Source: the human T2T-CHM13v2.0 reference genome, Homo sapiens. From it: 64,000 nucleotides of DNA. The notes under the pieces were generated by a model. It worked only from the letters and a program-made list of their open reading frames with translations, searched no databases and had not been told where the DNA came from. The DNA lies in NCBI RefSeq assembly GCF_009914755.1, contig NC_060942.1; one strand, written 5' to 3'. Positions 1 to 17,200 of the stretch are shown here, piece by piece; the first letter of the stretch is position 1, and each line of letters starts with the position of its first letter. The position numbers and the translations under genes are program-made.

Positions 1-122
1 AGTTATACATCTACGGAAATTGGTTTCACCAAAAATGTTCCTTTAAAACACGTGTTGCTTATTATATTCCTAAGAATGAATAGTCTATATCTATTCATAT
101 CTATATCTGTATCTCTATATCT

Positions 123-420
123 CCAGTTGCACTCAAGGACAGAGTGAACAATCAGGGGCTGTGGGAGGCAGGTTTTGGAGTATCAAGAAGGTGAGGGCCC
201 CCTGGTTCCCAAAGAAGAATGTGATTGGCTTGTTTAAATACTGTGGGCTGCCAGGGAAATGAAGCCCACTACTCAAGCATAAGCAGGAACTGCATTTGGT
301 CTTTTTGATATGGTGAGTTGTTTGGTTAGAAGACTTTATGCACAGGATCACAGTGGTGGGGGGAAACTTGTGATTAGGCAATTTGAGGCTCTCCCAATTT
401 CATCAGCGGTCAAGGCAGTA
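123..420 (-). mobile_element. ERVL-class solo LTR fragment (MER74/MER73-like)
   Basis: Reverse complement reads ...ccaatcacattcttctttgggaaccagggggccctcaccttcttgatactccaaaacctgcctcccacagcccctgattgttcactctgtccttgagtgcaac, resembling recalled MER74-group LTR consensus; boundaries approximate. Confidence 0.5.
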
Positions 421-1166
421 TAAAATATTAATTTTGAGTCTTATACCACATTTACCTGTGGAAATGTACAGTAGTAGATAAAGATAAATGCCACACAATT
501 GGCAGGTATAATTTTACTCATGATGGTTTATGAAATTTCTTAGATATTATCCATCTTGAAGGAAAACTACTTCTCACCCATTGAACATCCAGTGATAAGG
601 AAATTACTGGTCCTTTATAACTTTGGCAATGAGTTAGTGCCTTAACACTCTACTATGGTACCTAAGAAAGCAAGCTACTACTTTGTTATCTCAGCATGAC
701 ATCCTACTCTTGTTTCTAAAGATGACCAGTCCTCCTTAGGTACTTTAGTATACTGTGTTCATTAGACATACACACGGCTTCAATAAAGCTCTGGAGATAT
801 TCTACATGAACATCACCAGTTATCCTTTTATTCTTATTGCAACATGTAGAAGCGCTTAAACCTCACACTTCTCAAAAAAGTGTTCCCTAAAATAGCTTCC
901 TCTGATACAACAGCAATAAGCACCAACACTATCTCGGGGCTGACTGAATTGGAAAAATGCTTGAACTCCCATTAGGCACACTTAATAGATAGTACTAATT
1001 TATTCTTAACCACTAAGTGCTTTGAATGTGACTGAAGGGTGTAGTTTCTTTATCAAGGTTAAACATATCTCAACAATATTGATTCTATATTCTTTTTTTC
1101 AAGATATGAAGGTTTTCAGAAAACTACTTGCCACACAACAGTTCGGATCTCAGTCCGCTTAATCTA

Positions 1167-1540
1167 TGTCAGTCAGCTTGGGCTGCTCTAACAAAATACC
1201 ATACACTGGGTGGCTTACACAGCAGAAACTTATTTCTATTAAAGGGTGGAAGTTCAACATCAGGATGCCAGCATTGTTGGGCTCTAGCAAAGTCTGTCTT
1301 CCTGGCTTGCCAGTGGCCATCTTCTCACTGTGTCATCACATGACACTGAGAGAGAGAGCAAGCAATCTCTCTGGTGTCCCTTCTTGTAAGGGCACTCTAA
1401 TCACATCATGAGGGCCCTACCCTCATGACCTCATCCAAATCTAATTGCCTTCTCAAATCCCCAAATCCAAATACATCACATTGGAGGTTAGGGCTTCAAC
1501 ATAGGAATTTGTGGGGAAGGACATAATTCAGTCCCTGATA
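1167..1540 (-). mobile_element. MaLR solo LTR (MLT1A/MLT1B-like)
   Basis: gggctgctctaacaaaataccatacactgggtggctta ... catcatgagggccctaccctcatgacctcat ... gttagggcttcaacataggaattt ... attcagtcc matches antisense MLT1A/B layout. Confidence 0.75.
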
Positions 1541-1883
1541 GAAGTGTCATATTTCCAAGGACAGCATTTTTCTCTCTGGTATTAACTCCCAATCACCTTG
1601 ACTGACCTTGATGTCCTCAAAATTTCCTCAGGTATACATTTGCAAATGATCTCATCCACTACATTCTTTAAAAATAGTATTGATTATTTTTTCTGATTAT
1701 AAAATAACACACTTTCAAAGATGGCTGAATAGGAACAGCTACAGTCTACAGCTCCCAGCGTGAGCAATGCAGAAGATGGGTGATTTCTGCATTTCCAACT
1801 GAGGTTCATCTCACTGGGACTTGTTGGACAGTGGGTGCAGCCCATGCGAGCATGAGCTGAAGCAGGGCAGGGTATCGCCTCAC

Positions 1884-2138
1884 TCAGGAAGCACAAGGGG
1901 TCGGGGAACTCCCTGTCCTAGCCAAGGGAAGCCGTGACACATGGTACCTGGAAAATCGGGACACTCCCACCCTAATACTGCACTTTTCCAACAGTCTTAG
2001 CAAACGGCACACCAGGAGATTATATCCCACACCTGGCTTGGAGGGTTCCATGCCCACAGAGCCTGGCTCACTGCTAGCACAGCAGTCCGAGATCGAACTG
2101 CAAGGCGGCAGCGAGGCTGGGGGAGGGGCGCCTGCCAT
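1884..2138 (-). CDS. L1 antisense ORF0, open 84-codon frame
   Basis: ATG at 2138 gives MAGAPPPASLPPCSSISDCCAS...SIRVGVSRFSR, matching the primate L1 ORF0 N-terminus; no internal stop until 1884. Expression is not shown by the sequence. Confidence 0.6.
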   Translation of the reverse strand: MAGAPPPASLPPCSSISDCCASSEPGSVGMEPSKPGVGYNLLVCRLLRLLEKCSIRVGVSRFSRYHVSRLPLARTGSSPTPCAS

Positions 2139-2732
2139 TGCTGAGGCTTGAGTAGGTAAACAAAACAGCCAGGAATCTTGAACTGGGTGGAGCCCACTGC
2201 AGCTCAAGGAGGCCTGCCTGCTTCTGTAGATTCCACCTCTGGTGGCAGGGCATAGCTGAACAAAAGGCAGCAGAAACCTCTGCAGATTAAATGTCCCTAT
2301 CTGACAGCTTTGAAGAGAGTAGAGGTTCTCCCAGCACGGAGTTTGAGATCTGAGAATGGACAGACTGCTTTCTCAAGTGAGTCCCTCACCCCCGAGTAGC
2401 CTAACTGGGAGATACCTCCCAGTAGGGGCCGACTAACACCTCATACAGCCAGGTGCTCTTCTGAGATGAAGCTTCCAGAGGAAGGATCAGGCGGCAACAT
2501 TTGCTGTTCTGCAATATTTGCTGCAGCCTCCGCTGGTGATACCCAGGCAAACAGGGTCTGCAGTGGACCTCCAGCGAACTCCAACAGACCTGCAGCTGAG
2601 GGTCCTGACTGTTAGAAGGAAAACTAACAAACAGAAAGGAATAGGATCAACATCAACAAAAAAGACATCCACATCAAAACCCCATCTGTAGGTCACCAGC
2701 ATCAAAGACCAAAGGTAGATAAAACCACAAAG

Positions 2733-3753
2733 ATGGGGAGAAACCAGAGCAGAAAAGCTGAAAATTCTAAAAATCAGAGTGCTTCTTCTCCTCCAAGGGA
2801 ATGCAGCTCCTCACCAGCAACGGAACGAAGCTGGATGGAGAATGACTTTGATGAGTTGACAGAAGTAGGCTTCAAAAGATCAGTAATAACAAACTTCTCC
2901 AAGCTAAAGGAGGATGTTTGAACCCATCACAAAGGTGCTAAAAACCTTGAAAAAAGATTACATGAATGGCTAGAATAAACAGCATAGAGAAGACCTTAAA
3001 TGACCTGATGGAGCTGAAAACCATGGCATGAGAACTACGTGATGCATGCACAATGTTCAGCAGCCGATTCAATCAAGTGGAAGATAGGGCATCAGTGATT
3101 GAAGATCAAATGAATGAAATGAAGTGAGAATAGAAGTTTAGAGAAAAAAGAATTAAAAGAAACGAGCAAAGCCTCCAAGAAATATGGGACTATGTGAAAA
3201 CACCAAATCTATGTCTGATGGGTGTACCTAAAAGTGATGAGGAGAATGGAACCAAGTTGGAAACACTCTACAGGATGTTATCCAGGAGAACTTCCCCAAT
3301 CTAGCAAGGCAGGCCAACGTTCAAATCCAGGAAATACAGAGAATGCCACAAAGATACTCCTCGAGAAGAGCAATCCCAAGACACGTAATTGTCAGATTCA
3401 CCAAGGTTGAAATGAAGGAAAAAATGTTCAGGGCAGCCAGAGAGAAAGGTTGGGTTACCCACAAAGGGAAGCCCATCAGACTAACAGCTGATCTCTCGGC
3501 AGAAACTCTACAAGTCAGAAGAGAGTGGGGGCCAATATTCAACATTCTTAAAGAAAAGAATTTTCAACCCAGAATTTCATATCCAGCCAAACTAAGCTTC
3601 ATAAGTGAAGGAGAAATAAAATACTTTACAGACAAGCAAATGCTGAGAGATTTTGTCACCACCAGGCCTGCCCTAAAAGAGCTCCTGAAGGAAGCACTAA
3701 ACATGGAAAGGAAGAACTGGTACCAGCCACTGCAAAAACATGCCAAAATGTAA
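2733..3753 (+). pseudogene. L1 ORF1p (RNA chaperone), disrupted
   Basis: MGRNQSRKAENSKNQSASSPP... ends at premature TGA 2919-2921; C-terminal part PQRYSSRR...YQPLQKHAKM at 3343-3753. Confidence 0.93.
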
Positions 3754-3816
3754 AGATTATCAAGACTAGGAAGAAACTGCATCAACTAACGAGCAAAATA
3801 ACCAGCTAACATAATA

Positions 3817-7640
<3,824 letters not shown>

Positions 7641-9284
7641 ACAATGAGAACATTTGGACACAGGTTGGGGAACATCACACACCAGGGCCTGATGTGGGGT
7701 GGAGGGATGGGGGAGGGATAACATTAGGAGAAATACCTAATGTAAATGACAAGTTAATGGGTGCAGCACACCAACATGGCACATGCATACATATGTAACA
7801 AACCTGCACATTGTGTACATGTACCCTAGAACTTAAAGTATAATAAATAAAATAAAATAAAATAACACATTTTCCTTCCAGAAAATTTAGAACATAGAAA
7901 AATACAAAGAAGAAAACTGCAACTAACATAAACATCTATTTCATTTTGTTTCTTTTAAACTGTACTGCAGTTTTCGGGGATGTATTATTATCAGAAAGAT
8001 ATATTATCTACTGAATTTGTTGGGTGAAAGGCAACATAAATACTTCATATTTGACCTTTATGATGCCATGTGGGTTGAAGAATTTTGTTGTATATAATGA
8101 ATGCTAAGACTTCAAAAATTGTATGTTTATATTCAGATATTCATTTTGCAATGAATAAAATAGACAAAACCCTGCCTTCAAAACAAATGTTAGCCCCTTC
8201 TAAATAATCACAAATTCTTAATTTTAAAAATTCTGAATAGAAGAGGGTTTATTCTAGTTTGGAATATAAAAATATCCTGTACAGAGAGCCTGGCTAATAA
8301 ATATCCCATAACATAAGGGCATCATGCAGAAAATAGAATTATTCTTAAGTTTTTAATAACAGAAAAGCTATATTTCTTTACCTAAAATAAGTTTTACTGG
8401 GGGGAATATTAGGGGAACGCAAGAGTTTAGAGGATTACTGTGATGCGAACACCATCCATTCTATGTTTAAGGAGCAAAATGGCAAAATAATTCAACTCTA
8501 AGAATGTTGTCAAAAGGCTGTGAGAATCTTCAGTAAACAAGCTAGACACCTGTTAGGGAGCCCTGGGGAAGGAAGTGGACACAATAGGAAATATAATCAG
8601 CAGACATTAGCTATGAAAATCTAACATCAACTTTCAGAGTCAGAACTGCAAAGACTGTTGAGGATAAGGTGTTCCTGCTCCAAAAGAAAGTCTTGAAAAG
8701 TTTCCTAAACTTCCCATGTTGGTGTCACACTGAAATACAAAGAGATTTTAGCCTCACATTCCCCAATAAATTAATTTCTGTGCACTTGTGCTTCATCTGT
8801 GCTTCTCCACTTTCTTCTCTCCTGAAACTCATGGTTAACAAATGGTTCAAGTCTAAAAGTTAATTTAATGGTGTGTAACTTTTGATTTATGATTTCCCCC
8901 TCTTTTCTTGACACATGGTACTGGTACTTCTCATTTATTTCTACCTCAAAATAAATCATCCACAATTCCAAGTCCATCTATAGTTGGTCATTTTTAGAGT
9001 CTCTGGTGTGCTGCTACTGGAAAGTAATACAAAACATCTCATCACCATCAAGTTTCATAGGGATGAGAAGCAGTTGAGTATCAAACCTACTGGCAATAAT
9101 CACTTGATTTCATATGATTTCTCTATGTAGACAAAGCTTATACAGAAAAGCTGGTTTCAGGCAGCCCTTCCTCCTTCCTTATTTTCCCTCTTTACAGAAC
9201 TTCTGTGTCTTTATCACCTCTGTTCCTGGACTCAACTGCCATCCTCTTGTATTAAATGGAGTAAGATTTTTGCTTTTACTATCA

Positions 9285-9443
9285 TTCTTAATTGACACAT
9301 AATAATTGTACATATTTATGTGGTATAGTGTGATTCAGTATGATATTTTGAAACGTACATACAATGTGTAATGATTAAATCAGGGTGATTAGCATATCCA
9401 TCACTTCAAACATTCATCATCTCTTTGTGTTGGGAACATTCAA
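9285..9443 (-). mobile_element. L1MA-type 3' end fragment
   Basis: aattgacacataataattgtacatatttatg ... atgattaaatcagggtgattagcatatccatcacttcaaacattcatcat is the antisense L1MA 3' terminus. Confidence 0.65.
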
Positions 9444-9464
9444 CACAAGGTTTGTTGCTTCAAA

Positions 9465-10505
9465 GGTAAAATAACTTTCCAGAAGAAAATATAGGGAAGC
9501 AAAGATTTCTTAGGACACAAAAATCACAAACCGTAAGAGAAAAAAATATTGAGTTGGATGTCATCGAAATTTAAAATATCTGCTCATTGTAATCATTACT
9601 AAGAAAATAAAAAGGCAGGGGACTGAGAGAAAATATTTGTAATGCTTATATCTGACAGAGAACTTGAATACAGAATATATGTCTTAAATAATAACAAAAG
9701 CCAGTTTAAAAAAATGGGCAAAAGGATAACTAAACACATGATAAAATGCTCAACATTATTAGTAATCAGGGACGTGCATATTAAACCACAATGAAATGCC
9801 ACCAATCGATTAAAATTGCTAAATTTTTAAAAATGAAAATAAGTGCTAGGTGAGAACATGAAGGAGCTAGAAATCTGGTATATTGCTGGTGTGAACATAA
9901 AAGGATACTCTCCTTTGAAGAGAAATATGACATTTCCTTGTAAAGAGGACATACGACACATTAATTTTTCTCCTAGGTGTTTATCCCCGCAAATAAAAAA
10001 TATATATCCACACAAAGACTTGTACATGAATGTTTATGATAGCTTTATTTATAATAGTCCAAACCTTAAAACAACCAAAGTGTACATCAGCAGGAAAATG
10101 AGTAAACAAATTGTAATTTATCTATACAACTGAAGACTACTTGGCAATAAAAATGATTTACTGATTAATGCTACAATATGGATAAAACTCTAAAATATTA
10201 TGCTGAGCAAAAGAAGTAAACACCAATGAGGACCTATTATATGATTCCATTGAGATGAAACTCTAGAACACAAATCTAACCTGTAGTTACAGAAAGCAGA
10301 TTAGATTTTACCTGGGGATAGGAATGGGAACTTGACAGAGGAAAGACGCAGGAAACTTTTTGGGGGTTAATGGACATGTGTTTTTTTCTTAATTGTAGTG
10401 GTGGTTAGACAGGCATGTACATTTGCCAAAATTCATCAAATTATATGATCAAAATGGGTGCATCTGATTATGTATAAATCATATCTAATAAAACTGATTT
10501 AAAAA
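9465..10505 (+). mobile_element. Old L1 (L1ME/L1MD-like) ORF2 end plus 3'UTR
   Basis: agaagaaaatatagg...; tatatccacacaaagacttgtacatgaatgttta; attatgctgagcaaaagaag; ends aataaaactgatttaaaaa. Confidence 0.75.
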
Positions 10506-10569
10506 CTTTTTAAATAAGACATTACACAAAATATTAACACTTCTTAATTTTGAATTTTGAGTGTTGTAT

Positions 10570-10770
10570 CATTTAGAATCCTAGCAAGAAATGTATGGCA
10601 ACCTCACCTGGAAATTGAAGAAATTTTAGTGAAGAAACTATTAAAGAGGTATGGACAGAATGAAGAAAACCAACCAGTGTTTTGAGGTACTGGCGGACTT
10701 GCAACAACAGGATGCTCTTTCTAGCCCTGGACTGGACAGGGCAAGAAGGATTGGGGTTTTCTGGACACAG
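10570..10770 (-). mobile_element. Degenerate ERVL LTR fragment (LTR33-like)
   Basis: Weak similarity to antisense LTR33 and to the clearer copy at 58495-58901. Confidence 0.3.
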
Positions 10771-11788
10771 AAACAAAGGCAGAGGTAAGAGAGAACACAG
10801 ACGCTTGGCTTTCTACATGCTGTAGGAGAAAAGGTGCTAGGAAACAGTGACTACAAATGAGATTTAATAGGATTTTTTATTTTTTAACAGATATAATGTT
10901 TAGGGCCTCATAAACCAAAATAAGGAGTTTGGTCTTTATCCTGAAACCATTTAAGAGTTTCATGTAGAGGACTGCATAAAAATAGTTTTATTTTCAAATA
11001 ATTACTCTAATTATTTTTCTTGCATAGATTCTAATAGTGTAATCACTATTAGGAATGGTCGTTTTTACTACTCTTGATTTGGAAATGGCATATATTATAG
11101 CATTCTGGATAACAGCAGTAGAATTGTTATTAAATATAAGCTTCTGATGAAATCTTTTCTAGTCATTTGTTTTGACTTTTTCCCCACTTTTATTTGTTGT
11201 CTTTTAATTTGGCTCAAGGTAATTATTTTCAAGTATAGTAATTTAGTTTGGTCAACTATTGAGTATTCATTTTCATGACTGAACGTGCTTCCTATTTGGA
11301 GTTATTTCCAGCAATATTTTCTTCTTCATTAACTTAAAAAAATTTTACGCTTTAATTCATCTGAAGTTAGTTTTAGTCAATAATAGAAAATATATGCTAT
11401 AAAATGATTATGAGTAGAGTAGCAAAGAAGCATTTAGCAGCTTCTATAGTGCCTTGCACGTAAGAGGCCTTAATGATGATTTGTGGAATAAGTATTTGAT
11501 TGTCAGGACCAAAGATAATACCATTTGCCCATGTACTTCAGTGTTACAAATAGCACTTGCTTCATTAATCACACTGGTGTATTCATAACACAGTGTGGCA
11601 ATAACAAGATGCAGTCATTTTTTCATTAACTTAAAAAATTTACTTATCTGTTAATCATGATCAACCAGCTAAACTTAAGTTAAAAAGGAGTTGACTATTT
11701 AAAAATGTTAAATGAGCCAGAAGTCATCAGGGAATTTTTAAATGCAATGAGTGGGATTTTTTGCAGTAAGAACAGAGAAGAAGCATGC

Positions 11789-12248
11789 TGCTATGGTTTT
11801 TACTGTGTCCCCTAGAATTTATGTGTTGAAAATTTGGTCCCTGATGTGGTAATGCTGTGAGATGGGGCCTATAAGAAGTGATTAAGTCATTAAAATGGAT
11901 TAATGCTGCTCTCACAGAACTTGTTTAATTCTTATGGAAGTGAGTGAGTTTTAGTTCTCTCCAGACTAGATTAGTTACCAGGAGAGGGAATTGTTACAAA
12001 GCAAGGCCACCCCTTGTATTTTGCCCCTTTTGCACATATAGACTTCCCAGTCCACTTCTCCATCAGGTTATGATGGTTCATCCATCATTATGAACATTAT
12101 ACATTATACATATTACAATATGGAGATGCAGCCACCAATCTTGAACTTCTCAGCCTCCAGAACCATGAGCCAAAATCAATTTCTTTTTAAAAATAAACTA
12201 GCCAGTCTCTGAGTATTCCATTATAGCAACAGCAAACGGACTAAGACA
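11789..12248 (+). mobile_element. MaLR solo LTR (MSTC/MSTB-like)
   Basis: TG...CA termini tgctatggttt ... cagcctccagaaccatgagc ... agcaaacggactaagaca; 5-bp TSD catgc/aatgc (4/5 match). Confidence 0.85.
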
Positions 12249-13509
12249 AATGCTACTTGGAATATAGCATGCTACTTCGAATGTGTCCTAATTTATGTGA
12301 AAACATGTTATATCTGCACAAATGACATACCAATGCCAATGTCAAATCTCATGTTTTTATAGCCCAAAATCTTGTCATCTTTTTCTCAAAAACATAGCTT
12401 CCACTTCATTACAAATACTAAAAGAACTACAATTGAGACATTTATAGCAAGATCACAGAGGAAAACTATTTCTCCAGAACACCTCTGCTATTCTTTATTG
12501 CTCAAAGGTAACAAATACGAACATAAATCAAAAAAGTCCCTACCAACTGAAATTAGACTGAATAAGAAAATAAACCTTTATTTGCAACATTGGCTATATT
12601 TTAATTTCTTATTCAGTTCATCATATCTCTATGCCACAAAATACTTTTAAAAGTTCCATATAGAATGATTGGGAGCTCCTCTATGTTCCATCTAGCAGAG
12701 CAAAGTCATCCAGAAAGGAGCCAGGACAGAAGCATCTGCAGAGTAGCTGGGTAGACAGACAAGAAGCCACAAGCACTGGGCAACAAAGAAGGTTTGAGAA
12801 GGAAAGTCCCTTCCCAACTCTGGGCCTTAATGTCTTTCCCTTTGGAATAAACGGTTTGATTTAGGTAATCTCTAAGCATTCTGATGTTCTATGCTTGGGG
12901 ACTATAGTTTTGAGGAAAGAGATAACAAAGATTCTGGGCTATTAAAACAAAACCAGTGAATGACAAAGTGCAGAATGGAGCATAAGAATGGTGTTTGGAG
13001 AATGTGGGTCCAGGAGACCCAGGCATAACAGTTTAGACAAATAGATGGTTCAAGCTCTGGTGTTTATAAGGGCAGTGGAGACAGATGAGAAGAGGGAAGG
13101 CAATCCTAACAGCACTTAAATATCTCTTCTAAGAATGTGGAAAATGTTTCTGTGAGCAGAAAGAAATCCAGCTCAACGATGCCCACCTTGGATCTGCCTC
13201 AACACCATTTGCAGATACAACACATTCCCTTCAAACCTGGTGTCATTAGAGATAGCTATTGCCAAACAAGGGCACATAGATACCTGCCTGTAGAGAAAGG
13301 GTTTCAGAATATTGGTGAAGCCACTTCCAAAAACAAAATTATATAAAAAATTTAATAAATGCATTTCATTTTTGAATGGACAATACATTCGTATGGTATA
13401 AAATATAAAGAAATCTTAAAGAATATACAATATATCTTAAAGAATATACAATGAATAAAGTAAGTTTTTCCCCCATTCCCACCCTTAATTTTCCTCTCCA
13501 AGGCAGCTA

Positions 13510-13574
13510 TCAGGTTGGTGCCACAGTAATTGCGGTTTTTGCCATTACTTTTAATGTACTGTTGCACCAACCTA
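13510..13574. mobile_element. MADE1 (Hsmar1 mariner-derived MITE), internally deleted
   Basis: aggttggtgccacagtaattgcggtttttgccattacttttaatg...tgcaccaaccta: MADE1 terminal inverted repeats with part of the right arm missing. Confidence 0.85.
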
Positions 13575-13630
13575 TGGCTATTACCAATTTCTTGTGTATC
13601 ATTTTCAGAGATATGTTAATATAACGTGAG

Positions 13631-13634
13631 CACA

Positions 13635-13666
<32 letters not shown>
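13631..13666. repeat. (CA)n microsatellite, imperfect
   Basis: cacacacacatacacacaca... seen directly. Confidence 0.95.
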
Positions 13667-14039
13667 TACCACATAAATAATGGGTATACAATGATACTTT
13701 TTTGGTACACAAATGATAATATACTTACAGATGAAGAAACTGAAAACTTTCATTTGGTTTCACCTGCTTAGGATGCATTGTATGGCTGTACCACAGTATA
13801 GATAATCAGTTCTTGGTAATGAACTTTGATTTCCAATCTACTGCTATTGCAGAAAGGGTTGCAATAAATGTATATTCATCATTTTGTAAATGTCTGAGTA
13901 AATCTATAAGATAAAACTCTGAATGTGGAATTTCAGTATTAAAGGGACTGTATTTGTACTTTTTATTATAGAACAACCACAGCTGAATATAAGCTGCTCT
14001 TATATCTTTTAGCTGATCTCCTGTGTTCACTTTCTACTC

Positions 14040-14236
14040 CTGCCAACTACTTTCTGTGTAACTGAACAAGTTACTTATCTTTCCAGACCTCAATTTTGCC
14101 ATCTGAAAATAGGAATAATAATTGTTCTTGCTTGATAGGATTGTTGTGATGAATTAGTTAATAAATACATGTAAAGTTCTTAGAACAGTACCTGACAAAA
14201 AGTAAACACTCAAAACATGTCAAATATCATTATTAG
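14040..14236 (+). mobile_element. MIR SINE
   Basis: caagttactta...cctcaattttgccatctgaaaataggaataataat...tgtaaagttcttagaacagtacctgac. Confidence 0.75.
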
Positions 14237-17200
14237 TTCTATTATTGACCCATGTAACACACAAATACGAGTTTCCATTATCTAACATTTTATCTTTGCC
14301 AATCTAATAGCGTTTTTACCTAATTGTGGTTTTAATTTATATTTATCTTCCATTTTGAATGTACCAAGTTATTTATTCTTCAGTTTGAAAGTCAGTTGTA
14401 ATTTCTTTCTCTAAACTATTTATGACCTTTGCTTTTATTTCTATTGGATCATTTATTATTTTCTCATGGATGAATAGAAAGTGTTTATTAAAGAAATTAG
14501 CCTTCGCCTATGATATGTATTATAAACATTTTTCTAAATTCCTTGTATTTTATTTATGGTTATTTCTGCCATGCAAATGTTCTATTTTTAGTCAAGTTTA
14601 TGAATCTTTTTTTATGGCTTCTGGGCTTTGTATGACATTTAGAAATGTTTTATTCCAAAATTACTTTTTAAATGTTTGCTATGTTTTATTTTCATACTTT
14701 TATGGATAATTCTTTTACACTAAAATCTTTGCTTCATATGAAATTATAGTAGGAACCAGTATTTCTTTTTTCAGATGGCTATGCAGTTTTTCTAGCATCA
14801 TTTACTGAATAATTCATGTTTTTTCACTAATTTTTCAATGTCACCTTTAACACATACCAAATTCACAAACTTACCGAGCTATTTTCTGAACATTTTACTC
14901 TGTTTTATTAAATCATACGTTACTTATGTAAGTGCTGGCATCAACTTTGAAATTACTATATTATAACAATACATTTAATATCTTGTAGGACTAAATACTC
15001 ATCCCCTTGGAGGGTACATTCAAAAAGCAATAACTTCACTGTTTTTCAGAATTTTTGTAATGATCAATATTAGAATCAGTGTAGTTCATTTAAAAGTCAT
15101 CTTGCTGTAATTATTGAGGAGCATATTAAACATATAGATTTATTGGGAGAGAATAAACATTAAAATGATATTAAGTTTTCATGTCCAAAAAGGGGGAATG
15201 CATTTAAATTTAATTCTTCTTGAGTACCTCCATAGTATTCTCAATTTTAATTTATTTATGTGTTCTACATTTCTTATTAAGTTTATTTCTGTGTATTTCA
15301 CCTTTTTGTGGCTATGGTCAGTAAGTGCTTCCCTTTAATTATGTTTTTCTATCTTGTTTTTATTTTGTATATGAGAAAGCTATTCCTTTTTTTCTTAATG
15401 TACTCTGCTGCCTCATGGAATTTTCTTATTATTTTATGAGAGTTTCAGATCATCCACTTGAGTTTGTAATTGATATAACTATATTAAACTGCAAATATTT
15501 ATTTTCCCTTCTCTTTTGTAACTTTATACCCTTTATTTCCTTCTCTAATTTATTACTTTAGACTTCATTAAAAAACAATGTCATAATGAACATATTCCTC
15601 TTGCTCCGAAATGAAAAGGAACGGTTCTAGAAGTTCTAGATGCAGTTCTTTTAAAAATATGAAATAATAATTATATTTTTATTTTCAGGATATTTTATGT
15701 AAATACATTGCAGTGCATTAAGAGTTCTTAACAAGAATAGAGAATGAATTTCATCAAATTTCTTCTAGCTATAAAGAGATAATTATACGCATTTTCTCTT
15801 TTTATCTATTAGCTTGCTAAGTTACAGTATTTTAATTTTAATATTTTAATATTGAGCTATGTACAGATGCTGTAACTCAGCAGAAATCCTTACTGGTTCC
15901 AGGATTCCATTTCCCTTCTCTTGTTCTGTTGTTGAAGCATTTTGGCAGGATATTGTCTTGGACAAAATTCTCAAATGCTAGAAGATAGAATTTAGAATAC
16001 CAGTGCATGCTTTTACAGTATTTCTAATGACTATAAACAACATGGCAGCACAAGTTAGTCCGGAAGGGCAAGGACCATCCACAGCCTATTTTCAGAGATC
16101 AAGTTAGCACAGCTGACCTAGGATACAGAAGATGGGAGGCATAGAATTAAATAGTTGGTTAGGAGCAAAGGAAGACTGAAGCAGAACAGAAAACTCTTAT
16201 CAGTAAAATAACAAGTAGTGGATCCACCTTTTTGCAGGCATCAATTACCTTGAAAATGCAGTCAGGAAACAAAAACATAAATAGGTTGGGACTCTTGGGT
16301 TTGATGGAAAAAACAAAAATATATGTTTTTTGTGGGTTAGTGAGCTCTAGTAAGTTGTTTTTACTATTCTCTGTGTTTCATTCAGCAGACTGCAATTCCC
16401 ACAATCACCAGGAAAATCCTATCTGATGACACTAACACTGCTAGCAGTAATCTACATCACTATTCGTCCCCGTGGAGTGGCACCTTAGGTTTAGTAAGTG
16501 TTTCGGTTTTCTCTCCAACCAACTCCCCATAGTTATCAAAACAGACTCACTCCATGCTTGTCTTCTCCACTTCACAAAAGCCTCAGCATGCCAAGGGAAG
16601 CATATTTTTTCCTATTCAAAAGTATGGCTATGAAGAATAAACTGCAATGGTCTGAAGTGTCAGTTTTCAAAAGCAAGTATCCTGTTCTAAAGAACAGACC
16701 AAAAAGAGCAGACAGAGCAAAATAAGCCTTGCTTCAGTTTTCAAGATCTAGGCTGATGGAAGTGAATGAGGAGGAAAAAAATGAAGTGACAGAAAGAAAT
16801 AATATGTGTGATAGAGATGAGCTGGTATATTACACAAGTTCACTTAATTATTCAACTTACACTTAATATATGACATATTTATACTGCATGTTATGTGCAA
16901 TAGGGCACATAAAAGAAATACACACACACACATACATATATATATAATTGTACAGATTAGAAAATTCAAGGAATGTAAAATAAAATGCCATCACTGGTAA
17001 GCCTCTGGCCTCATTGAATATCCAGTAAAACATCCTTAGATATCAGGGTATATACAGAATGAAACGAAAACAATCAATGTCCTTGTTGCGAGTTCAAGAG
17101 CTAAAATCTGAAAAATCTCATCAACAAAGACATGCTGCTGAAAATCAAGTACTTACCTGTGAATCAGACCTAGAAAATTACTTCTGTCAGAGATACCTCT

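Larger units (their letters stand above)
13345..15860 (-). mobile_element. Fragmented old L1ME, antisense, interrupted by MADE1, (CA)n and MIR
   Basis: T-rich antisense L1 3'UTR/ORF2 remnants (taattgtggttttaattt, tttcagatggctatgcagttt, catttcttattaagtttatttct). Confidence 0.55.

Noticed and set aside
13413-13452. Short tandem duplication atcttaaagaatatacaat x2
   Set aside because: Ordinary slippage duplication inside an old L1 fragment.
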